This document shows, in pieces, positions 1-7,411 of a DNA stretch of 16,006 bases (its first letter is position 1; every line of letters starts with the position of its first letter). The position numbers and the translations under genes were made by a program. This stretch comes from Deinococcaceae bacterium (GTDB lineage Bacteria > Deinococcota > Deinococci > Deinococcales > Trueperaceae): NCBI GenBank assembly GCA_040256005.1, contig JBDZWC010000068.1, forward strand, positions 1-16,006, given 5' to 3'. The notes beneath the pieces were generated by a model that saw nothing but the letters and a program-made list of their open reading frames with translations, was not told the DNA's origin and made no database searches.

Positions 1-841
1 TGGCGAGGATCGCGATCGCGCCCAGCAGGAGCGGGTAGGTGACGAGGCTGGTGATGATGCCAGTGCCGGGCAGCAGGTAGCCGAGGAACGCGGCGCCGAT
101 GGCGGTGACGGCGTAGGTCTCGAACAGGTCGGCCCCCATGCCGGCGCAGTCGCCGACGTTGTCACCCACGTTGTCGGCGATGACGGCCGGGTTGCGAGGG
201 TCGTCCTCGGGGATGCCGGCTTCGACCTTGCCGACGAGGTCGGCGCCGACGTCGGCGGCCTTCGTGTAGATGCCACCGCCCACGCGCGCGAAGAGGCTGA
301 TGAGCGAGGCGCCGAAGGCGAAGCCCACCAGTGGCTCGACCGGGTTGGGCAGGCCGATGGCGACCGTGAACAGCCAGAAGAAGCCGGCCACGCCTAGCAG
401 TGCCAGGCCAGCTACGGCGAGGCCGGCGACGGCGCCGCCGTTGAAGGCGATCTTCAGCGCACCTTCGAGGCCCGACCTGGCCGCCTGGGCCACGCGGACG
501 TTAGCCCTCACCGCCACGTTCATGCCCACGTAACCGCTGATGGCCGAGAACAGGGCGCCCACGAGGAAGCCGCCCGTCGTCCACCACCAGAGCGTGCGGT
601 CATGAGCCGTGCCGGCAGTGAGCGCGACGATCGCGAAGATCGCGGCGATGACGACCGCCACCACCGCGATCGTGCGGTACTGACGGTTCATGTAGGCCGC
701 GGCGCCCTGCTTGATGGCGTCGGAGATGGCGACCATACGGTCGTTGCCCGTCGGCGAGGCCATGACGCTGCGCGCCAGCGCGCCGGCCGCCACGAGGGCG
801 GCGATGGCTGCCAGCGGTACGAGGGTGATCAAAAGGTCCAT
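1..841 (-). CDS. hppA: Membrane-bound (H+/Na+)-translocating pyrophosphatase, N-terminal ~280 aa; runs off the left edge
   Basis: Not in the ORF track. Manual translation from ATG 841 gives [20 protein letters not shown]...[20 protein letters not shown]...[56 protein letters not shown], the canonical mPPase signatures. GGAGG RBS at 846-850 (- strand). Confidence 0.97.
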   Translation of the reverse strand, partial: MDLLITLVPLAAIAALVAAGALARSVMASPTGNDRMVAISDAIKQGAAAYMNRQYRTIAVVAVVIAAIFAIVALTAGTAHDRTLWWWTTGGFLVGALFSAISGYVGMNVAVRANVRVAQAARSGLEGALKIAFNGGAVAGLAVAGLALLGVAGFFWLFTVAIGLPNPVEPLVGFAFGASLISLFARVGGGIYTKAADVGADLVGKVEAGIPEDDPRNPAVIADNVGDNVGDCAGMGADLFETYAVTAIGAAFLGYLLPGTGIITSLVTYPLLLGAIAILA

Positions 842-957
842 CGTTCCTCCACTGCTTGCCTTTGGTCGTCCGGTCCCAGCATGGCGCGCGGTCGCCGCCT
901 CACAAGTTCGGCCGCGACCGCGGCGTTCCCAGCGCTGGGGCCGGAATAGCAGCGAGC

Positions 958-966
958 AGTCTATCA
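958..966 (-). promoter_or_regulatory. Extended -10 element (TGaTAGACT) for hppA
   Basis: The - strand reads cggTGaTAGACTgc, matching TGnTANNNT. This predicts a TSS near 951 and a ~110-nt 5' UTR. Confidence 0.6.
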
Positions 967-1071
967 CCGAGGCACGGCGACGGGCTTCGGCGCGCTGGCC
1001 GCGGTTCGGCGGTCACGGCGGCACCCGACTGGCTCAAGCGGCCTCACCCACGGGTAGTAACGTGATGGCGC

Positions 1072-2766
1072 ATGAGCACGCATCCGTTAGCCGGGAAGCC
1101 GGCGCCGCGCGAGCTTCTGGTGGACGTGCCGCGGCTCGTCTCCGCCTACTACGTTCTGCGGCCGCGGCCAGGAGACGCAGCCCAGGCGGTCTCGTTCGGC
1201 ACCTCGGGCCACAGGGGCACCTCCACGGAGAGCACGTTCAACGAAGATCACATCGCGGCCATCTGCCAGGCCGTCGCTGACCTGCGGACGCAGCGCGGGG
1301 TCACCGGCCCCCTGTTCCTCGGCGCCGACACACATGCCCTTTCCGAGCCGGCCCTCCTGACAGCCATCGAGGTGCTCGCGGGCAACGGCGTCAGGGTCGT
1401 CGTCGCGGCCGAAGGTCGCGCGGGCGGCTTTGTCCCTCGCTTCGTGCCCGTGCCCACACCGGTCATCTCGCACGCCGTCGTGGCGCACAACAGCGGTGGG
1501 GGCGCGCAGCTCGAGGGCACGGCCGACGGCATCGTCGTCACCCCGTCGCACAACCCGCCGTCCGACGGAGGCTTCAAGTACAACCCGCCCCACGGCGGCC
1601 CAGCGGACACGGACGAGACCGGCGCCATCCAGACCGCGGCGAACCGACACCTGGCCGACGGCCTGGCCGACGTGAAGCGCATGACCCTCGCCAAGGCGTT
1701 CACCGACGGAGCCGTCGAGACGCGCGACCTCGTCTCGCCCTACGTCGCGGACCTCGCGGCAGCCGTCGACCTGGAGCGAGTGGCGGCCGCCGGACTGAAG
1801 CTGGGTGCGGACCCCCTCGGGGGAGCGGCGTTGCCGTACCTGGTGCCGATCGCGGAGCGATACGCCCTCGACCTCGAGGTCATCTCGGACGAGGTGGACC
1901 CCAGGTTCGCGTTCATGCGCCTCGACCACGACGGCAAGATCCGCATGGACTGCTCGTCCCGGTACGCGATGGCGGGGCTCGTGGATGCCAAGGACCGCTA
2001 CGACGTGGCCTTCGGCAACGACCCGGACGCCGATCGGCATGGCATCGTCACGCGCGGCGGCGGCCTCCTCAACCCGAACCACTACCTCTGCGTGGCAGCC
2101 GAGTACCTCTTCGCGCATCGGCCGGGCTGGCCGGCGGCGGCCGGGCTCGGGAAGACGCTGGTGTCCACCTCGCTGCTCGATAGCGTGGCCGCGGCGGCTG
2201 GCAGGCGCCTGGTCGAGGTGCCGGTGGGCTTCAAGTGGTTCGTGCCCGGCCTCTCCAGCGGCGAGCTGGGCTTCGCCGGCGAGGAGAGCGCCGGCGCCAC
2301 GCTGCTGAGGCGCGACGGCGCCACCTGGACGACGGACAAGGACGGCATCGTGATGGGTCTGCTCGCGGCCGAGATCGCGGCGGTGACGGGCGACGACCCA
2401 GCCGACCGTTACGCGCGGATCGCTCGGGAGCACGGCGAACCGGCCTACAAGAGGGTCGACGCGCCGGCCATGGCCGCGCAGCGCGAGGTCCTCAAGCGGC
2501 TGCGACCCTCCGACGTGAGCACCTCGGAGCTGGCCGGGGAGCCCGTCACCGCGGTGCTCGACCGAGCGCCGGGCAACGACGCCCCTATCGGGGGCATCAA
2601 GGTGGTGACGACGAGCGGCTGGTTCGCCGCGCGTCCGTCCGGAACGGAAGACATCTACAAGATCTACGCGGAGAGCAGGCGCGGCGAGGAGCACTTGGAC
2701 CGCCTGCTCGAGGAGGCGAGGGCTCTGGTGGACCGAGCGTTCGAAGCGGCGGGGGTGGCGTCGTGA
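1072..2766 (+). CDS. pgm: Phosphoglucomutase (alpha-D-glucose-1,6-bisphosphate-dependent)
   Basis: 564 aa with FGTSGHRG, catalytic TPSHNPP, metal loop [13 protein letters not shown] and RPSGTE motifs. Confidence 0.97.
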   Translation: MSTHPLAGKPAPRELLVDVPRLVSAYYVLRPRPGDAAQAVSFGTSGHRGTSTESTFNEDHIAAICQAVADLRTQRGVTGPLFLGADTHALSEPALLTAIEVLAGNGVRVVVAAEGRAGGFVPRFVPVPTPVISHAVVAHNSGGGAQLEGTADGIVVTPSHNPPSDGGFKYNPPHGGPADTDETGAIQTAANRHLADGLADVKRMTLAKAFTDGAVETRDLVSPYVADLAAAVDLERVAAAGLKLGADPLGGAALPYLVPIAERYALDLEVISDEVDPRFAFMRLDHDGKIRMDCSSRYAMAGLVDAKDRYDVAFGNDPDADRHGIVTRGGGLLNPNHYLCVAAEYLFAHRPGWPAAAGLGKTLVSTSLLDSVAAAAGRRLVEVPVGFKWFVPGLSSGELGFAGEESAGATLLRRDGATWTTDKDGIVMGLLAAEIAAVTGDDPADRYARIAREHGEPAYKRVDAPAMAAQREVLKRLRPSDVSTSELAGEPVTAVLDRAPGNDAPIGGIKVVTTSGWFAARPSGTEDIYKIYAESRRGEEHLDRLLEEARALVDRAFEAAGVAS

Positions 2767-3563
2767 GGCAGACCGTGCCTCCTCCAGATCGTGTGGATCA
2801 GACGGGCAACCGCATCGGCGGCCTGGGACCTGGCGTGTTCGGGCCGCTGCTCATAGGCGTCGGCGTGCTGTTCCTCGTCGATCGCCTGGCGGTGGCGATC
2901 GGCATCCGCGGCATCCTCTGGGTCCTGCTCTTCGGTCTGGCGGCCGCGGCCTTCATGTGGCTCTACGCCAGCGACAGACGCCACTGGTGGGCGCTGCTGC
3001 CCGGGTTCGGCTTCGTCGCCCTGGCTGCCGCCGTGATGGCGGGTGCCTGGGGCGGCGCGCTGCTGTTCGGCCTGGCGGGCGCGATCTGCATCGCCCTCTA
3101 CCTGCGCCGCGGCGGCGGGAGGTGGCTCCTGTTGGCGGGCGGCGGCCTGGCGACGTTGGCGCTCATGGGTCTGTTCGCCGGGGTGTTCCCCGCCGTCGAC
3201 AGCGGCTGGGTGCTGTTCTTCGGCTTGGCGGCGACGCTCTTCCTGTTGCACCGGCGCTCGGGTGGGCGCAGCGCCTGGAGCCTCTACCTGGCCATCGCCC
3301 TGGCGGCTCTCGGGCTCATCTCCATGTTCACGGGCGGGTTCGTGGAGACCCTCATCGCCGTGGCCCTCATAGCCGCTGGAGCGGCGATGGTATGGCAGGC
3401 CAAGCCGCAACCGCAGAGGATGGGGACACCACCGGTGCCCTCCCAAGCTCGCCCGGACGACAGGCGTGAGATCCCGATGGCGGCGACCACGCCCAGCGCA
3501 GCGAGCGAGGACGGTGAGGCTAATCGACCTCTATGGGCACGCTTAAGACGGGGACGGCGCTAG
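2763..3563 (+). CDS. Hypothetical multi-pass membrane protein (266 aa) with three internal repeats
   Basis: GTG 2763 overlaps the pgm stop (GTGA) and is in frame with the track ORF 2235..3563. About 8 hydrophobic segments with recurring LLFGLA...W units, then a polar C-terminal tail. Confidence 0.8.
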   Translation: MRQTVPPPDRVDQTGNRIGGLGPGVFGPLLIGVGVLFLVDRLAVAIGIRGILWVLLFGLAAAAFMWLYASDRRHWWALLPGFGFVALAAAVMAGAWGGALLFGLAGAICIALYLRRGGGRWLLLAGGGLATLALMGLFAGVFPAVDSGWVLFFGLAATLFLLHRRSGGRSAWSLYLAIALAALGLISMFTGGFVETLIAVALIAAGAAMVWQAKPQPQRMGTPPVPSQARPDDRREIPMAATTPSAASEDGEANRPLWARLRRGRR

Positions 3564-4356
3564 AGCGTATGAGCGCGTCGACCCGGCTGCCCATCAGTAA
3601 CCCTATGGCGCCGCGTTGGTGCTTGAGGCCGATGACGATCATGTCGGCTCCCACCTCGTGCGCAGCACGGGGCAGCTCGACGGCGGGGTCGCCATCGCGG
3701 ATGATATGCCGCTCGAAGCCGTCGCCCAACAGGTTCAACGAATCGGTGACCGTGTTGATGTAGGTGGGGTCCTCGCGGAAGCGCGGGTCATCGACCACGT
3801 GACATACCACGAGCTTCACGCCGTGCTGGCCCAGTGACCTGGCCGCCTCAACGGCCCCCTGCGAAGCCGCGCTGAAATCGGTGCCGACCAGTACCCTCTT
3901 GACCTCGGTCGTCGTGCTCTCCTCGCGCACCGTCACGACCGGTACCTCGGCCCGCCTCACGAACCGACCCGCCACGCCGCCGAGGAAGTAGCGGTCCATG
4001 CGATCGCTGCCGTGGGCGCCCATCACGACCATGTCGAAGTCCTGCTGCATGTCGAGGAGCTCGCGCACCGGCTCGCCCCAGCGCAGCTCGTAGGTCGCCG
4101 CAGGGCTGGCGACGTGCTTGAGCATCTCGGTCAGCCGGCGCACCTCCTCCTGCCTGTCCTCCTCGATCCTCCGGTCGAGCTGCGGGTTCACGCTGTCCAG
4201 ATGCGGCCGCATCCGTACGCCGCCGAGGCCTTCCGTGAACTGGGACTGCACGTACACCACGTGGAGCGACGCACCCAGTCGAGCCGACAGGTCGCGGGCC
4301 ACGGTGAGGGCTTTGTCGGCGGTGCGGGAGAAGTCGGTCGGGTGCAGGATGCGCAT
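3520..4356 (-). CDS. Universal stress protein, tandem two-domain type
   Basis: Two USP domains (ILHPTDFS...VMGAHG...VPVVTV and VLVGTDFS...LLMGS...VPVLSV). GGAGG RBS just upstream. Confidence 0.93.
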   Translation of the reverse strand: MRILHPTDFSRTADKALTVARDLSARLGASLHVVYVQSQFTEGLGGVRMRPHLDSVNPQLDRRIEEDRQEEVRRLTEMLKHVASPAATYELRWGEPVRELLDMQQDFDMVVMGAHGSDRMDRYFLGGVAGRFVRRAEVPVVTVREESTTTEVKRVLVGTDFSAASQGAVEAARSLGQHGVKLVVCHVVDDPRFREDPTYINTVTDSLNLLGDGFERHIIRDGDPAVELPRAAHEVGADMIVIGLKHQRGAIGLLMGSRVDALIRSSAVPVLSVPIEVD

Positions 4357-4422
4357 ACAACCTCCAGAGGCTGGGTCGCGACTGGCTCGAGGCCTCCCGG
4401 CCCAAGACCGCGGCTACGTCTC

Positions 4423-4474
4423 ATGATACGGGAGGCCCGTCGGGGCGGAAGTCCCTGCGCCGGGGGCGTAGCAT
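4423..4474. promoter_or_regulatory. Divergent -10 elements between the two USP genes (TATCAT on -, 4423-4428; TAGCAT on +, 4469-4474)
   Basis: Two TANNNT hexamers in a GC-rich spacer, each pointing toward a USP gene that has an SD sequence. Confidence 0.5.
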
Positions 4475-4497
4475 GGTGGAAAGAGAGGAGCCTCACG

Positions 4498-4941
4498 ATG
4501 TTCGAGTCCATCCTGATCCCCACGGACGGGAGCAAGACCTCCGAGAAGGCGATCGAGCAGGGGCTGGCGCTCGCCAAGCTCTCCGGTGGCCACGTCACGT
4601 TCTTGCACGTGCTCGAGAACCCGCTCACTACCGGCTACGCGACACCGGAGTCCATGCCTTACGCGGCGCAGCTGTACCAGGACCTGCGGGAGAGCGGCAA
4701 GAACATCCTCGAGGCCGCGGTAGCCACGGCGCGTTCCATGGGTGTGACGGCGACGTCCAAGCTCGTCGAGGACGCCGACCCGGTCAGCGCCATCACGGAG
4801 GCCAGCAAGGAGCACGACATCATCGTCATGGGCACGCACGGGCGCAGGGGCTTCAACCGGTGGATGTTCGGCTCGGTGGCCGAAGGGGCGCTCAGGCGCG
4901 CGGACAAGCCGTTCCTGCTCATCCGAAGCGAGGACGACTGA
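4498..4941 (+). CDS. Universal stress protein, single domain, ATP-binding type (147 aa)
   Basis: ATG 4498 follows an AGAGGAG RBS. MFESILIPTDGSKTSEKA...IVMGTHGRRGFNRWMFGSVAE contains the G-2x-G-9x-GS motif. Confidence 0.95.
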   Translation: MFESILIPTDGSKTSEKAIEQGLALAKLSGGHVTFLHVLENPLTTGYATPESMPYAAQLYQDLRESGKNILEAAVATARSMGVTATSKLVEDADPVSAITEASKEHDIIVMGTHGRRGFNRWMFGSVAEGALRRADKPFLLIRSEDD

Positions 4942-4950
4942 GCGAGGCGA

Positions 4951-6465
4951 TCAGCCGCGGCGGATGCGGCCCATGATCATCTCGCCCCGGCCATGCAGGC
5001 CGGTGATGGACACGTCGAGGCCCTGGTCCGAGAGGCGCCTCTCGGCGTCGTAGAGGAGCATGAGCGCCGAGAAGTCCACCCTACCGAGCCGACTGGTGTC
5101 CAAGACCACGTGCTCGACGTTCGTGAGGTCGTTCTCGATGTTCTGGAGCACGCGCTCGAGCGTCTGGAGCGAACCGAACCAGAGGACGCCGTCGAACCGG
5201 ATCGTGAGCGTGCCCTCCTCACGGTCCACGGTGACGCCCAGCTGCGCCTCCCTGTACAGGTGCGTGACGAGGGCCAAAGAGATCCCGATCACCACCGCGT
5301 AATCGACCCGCGGCGCCAGCGCGATCGTGAGCACGAACGTCGCTATGGCGGTCGACGCCTGCGACTTGGCGTAGCGCCACAGCTTGAAGAGCGCCCCTAG
5401 CTGCAGTAGCGAGCTGGCCGAGACGATCACGATGGCGGCCAGCACGGCCCTGGGAAGGTCCTGCAGCACGTAGGAGAACGGCAGGAAGGCGAGGACGGCG
5501 AGCCCAGCGACCGCGCCGGACAGCCGCGTGCGTGCGCCGGCCTGGCGGTTGAGAGCCGAACGCGCGAAGCTGCCGCCCACCGGCATCCCGTGCATGAGTC
5601 CGGAGACTATGTTGGCGGCGCCCTGCGCGACCAGCTCGCGGTCGGCGTTCCAGGGAGCGCTGCGGCTGGCGAACGTCCTGGCGATGGCGGCCGGCTCCGC
5701 GAAGCCCACCAGGGCGATGACGAGGGCGCCGAGCAACAAGGCGCCTGATTGGCCCCATGGCAACGCCAGGGACGGCATGGCCAGGGCGCTCGGCATGGGT
5801 CCTACGACGGGCGTCACCCGACCGAAGGCGGCCGTCGCGGCCAGGCCCAGGAGGACGGCGATCAGCACGCCGGGGATGATCGGCGAGACACGGCGCAGGC
5901 CGCGGATCACGACGACCGTGAGCACGGTCAGACCGATCGCGACGTAGTTGTAGTTCGCGAAGTCGCTGATGGCGCGCCAGGCCGCGGCCCAGATGCCGAG
6001 GCCGGCGGAACCTCTGCCCAGCACCGCCGGGAGCTGCGACGCGACGATGATCACGGCCGCGCCGCTCGTGAAGCCCCGCAGCACGGGCAGGCTCATGAAG
6101 TAGGCCAGCGAGCCCAACCGCGCCAGCCCGATGATCACCCGCGCGGCTCCCACTAGCAGCGCCAGCAGCCCCGCCGCCTGGACGTAACCGGGGCTGCCCG
6201 GTACGAACGTGGCAGCCAGGACGCCGAGCGTGAGCAGCGAGGTCAGCGCCGTCGGCCCCGTCTGGAGGTAGGGGCTCGAGCCCAGCAACGCCGAAGCCAG
6301 CGGAGGGAAGATGGCCGCCATGATGCCTGCGGTGGGTGGCAGACCTGCCAGCGCCGCGTAGGCGAGCGCCTGCGGAACGAGGACCAAGGCGACGGTCAAC
6401 CCCGCAAGCACGTCGTCGAGGGGTGGCCGCAGTGCCCGTCCCTTCGTGCCGACAGAGGCCGTCAT
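4951..6465 (-). CDS. SulP (SLC26) family anion transporter with C-terminal STAS domain
   Basis: DVLAGLTVALVLVPQALAYAALAGLPP, GSSPYLQTGPT, NADRELVAQGAAN, GSFARSALN and a STAS domain (DGVLWFGS...VVLD...VDFSA). The start is ATG 6465 or 6480. Confidence 0.93.
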   Translation of the reverse strand: MTASVGTKGRALRPPLDDVLAGLTVALVLVPQALAYAALAGLPPTAGIMAAIFPPLASALLGSSPYLQTGPTALTSLLTLGVLAATFVPGSPGYVQAAGLLALLVGAARVIIGLARLGSLAYFMSLPVLRGFTSGAAVIIVASQLPAVLGRGSAGLGIWAAAWRAISDFANYNYVAIGLTVLTVVVIRGLRRVSPIIPGVLIAVLLGLAATAAFGRVTPVVGPMPSALAMPSLALPWGQSGALLLGALVIALVGFAEPAAIARTFASRSAPWNADRELVAQGAANIVSGLMHGMPVGGSFARSALNRQAGARTRLSGAVAGLAVLAFLPFSYVLQDLPRAVLAAIVIVSASSLLQLGALFKLWRYAKSQASTAIATFVLTIALAPRVDYAVVIGISLALVTHLYREAQLGVTVDREEGTLTIRFDGVLWFGSLQTLERVLQNIENDLTNVEHVVLDTSRLGRVDFSALMLLYDAERRLSDQGLDVSITGLHGRGEMIMGRIRRG

Positions 6466-6533
6466 CGCCGCCGCTTCCATCCGCCGTGCGCACCGACTCG
6501 GGTGGGCGACGAGCTGCGGTTGGCTGCGACCAT
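6462..6533 (-). CDS. Putative 23-aa upstream ORF (MVAANRSSSPTRVGAHGGWKRRR) coupled to sulP
   Basis: GGAGGT SD at 6543-6548 (-), ATG at 6533, and its TGA overlaps the sulP ATG 6465 (ATGA). Confidence 0.35.
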   Translation of the reverse strand: MVAANRSSSPTRVGAHGGWKRRR

Positions 6534-6651
6534 GCCTAGAAGACCTCCGTTGCGCCCGCCGCCCGAGCGACCGGTGTACACGTAGCGACGAACCGTAACT
6601 GTATCGCTATCGAGCCTGGGCGGCTGCGACGCGCGTCGTTCTGGCGACGGG

Positions 6652-6660
6652 TGTTACCTT
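6652..6660 (+). promoter_or_regulatory. Extended -10 (TGtTACCTT) 6 nt before the ATG; probable leaderless promoter
   Basis: The sequence is gTGtTACCTTtcgctgATG, with no SD sequence present. Confidence 0.65.
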
Positions 6661-6666
6661 TCGCTG

Positions 6667-7407
6667 ATGGATCTCGTCTGTCTCGCGGCGGGTCACGGCA
6701 CCCGGCTCGGGAGGTTGGGCACCTACCTACAGAAGTGTCTCTACCCCGTGGGGCTCAAGCCGTTCCTGGAGCACACGCTGCTCCAGCTCTTGGACAGCGG
6801 CGCCGTCACGCCCGGCCGCGATCGCCTGGCTCTCGTCGTCGGGCATCTCGAGCACCAGGTCAGGGCATACTTCGGTGCCTCGTACGAGGGGCTCGACATC
6901 GTCTACGTCACGCAGGCGGACCGGATCGGCACCGGTAACGCGCTGTCTCTCGCGCACCAGGTCCTGGCCCCCCGGGACAGCGTGGTGGCGTGGCAGGCCG
7001 ACCTGTTCGTCACGGCCCACATGTTCCGGGCCATCGTGGAGCACCCTTCAGCCACGGTCGTCACTCTGGGTCCGGGCGAGGCGGGCGAGGCCGAGGTGTT
7101 GAAGGCGACGGTCGAGGGGGACCGCGTCACATGCGTGTGGGGAGGGGCGGGCCCTCTCTACGACGTCGGGCTGTGGAAGCTGGCTCCTGACGTCCTGGCC
7201 CGCATCGGCGACGTGAGGGCTCCCACGGGCGAGGTCCGCATGCTCATCAACCTCCAGCGCTCCATCGACGCCGGTGCCCACGTGGGCCATATCGAGACCG
7301 ACGAATGGATCCACCTGGGCGGGACGCTGCCCACGGCGGAGGAGAACGTGCGGGCGGTGGCGCGCAGGGTGCTGGAGCTGGAGACAGTCCCGGCCCTGAC
7401 CAGGTGA
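6667..7407 (+). CDS. Sugar-phosphate nucleotidyltransferase (NTP_transferase family, HddC/MurU-like, divergent)
   Basis: LAAGHGTRL...QK.LYPVGLKPFLEH N-terminal signature, YVTQ...IGTGNAL, and QAD in place of NGD. Confidence 0.85.
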   Translation: MDLVCLAAGHGTRLGRLGTYLQKCLYPVGLKPFLEHTLLQLLDSGAVTPGRDRLALVVGHLEHQVRAYFGASYEGLDIVYVTQADRIGTGNALSLAHQVLAPRDSVVAWQADLFVTAHMFRAIVEHPSATVVTLGPGEAGEAEVLKATVEGDRVTCVWGGAGPLYDVGLWKLAPDVLARIGDVRAPTGEVRMLINLQRSIDAGAHVGHIETDEWIHLGGTLPTAEENVRAVARRVLELETVPALTR

Positions 7408-7411
7408 GCGC

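Noticed and set aside
1..841. Assigning K+ dependence or Na+ versus H+ specificity to HppA
   Set aside because: The Ala/Lys K+-dependence determinant lies outside the window, and subfamily assignment needs the full-length sequence and a phylogeny.
1087..2694. 535-aa antisense ORF over pgm, and similar long shadow ORFs (e.g. 5219..6493, 9359..10282, 13131..13817, 15014..15811)
   Set aside because: These are typical stop-poor alternative frames in high-GC DNA. They have no recognisable motifs and overlap well-supported genes.
2235..2762. N-terminal 176 aa of the 442-aa track ORF
   Set aside because: This is an Arg/Gly-rich off-frame reading of pgm. The GTG at 2763 overlapping the pgm stop is the plausible start.
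4012..4497. N-terminal extension of the + strand USP in the track (309 aa)
   Set aside because: It is antisense to the tandem USP. The RBS and the domain start point to ATG 4498.
6643..6676. Superficial similarity to a fluoride riboswitch (GGCGAcGGgTGTT...GCTGATG) near sulP and the USP genes
   Set aside because: The P1 stem and pseudoknot pairings cannot be formed and the spacing is too short. The segment is better explained as an extended -10 plus start codon.
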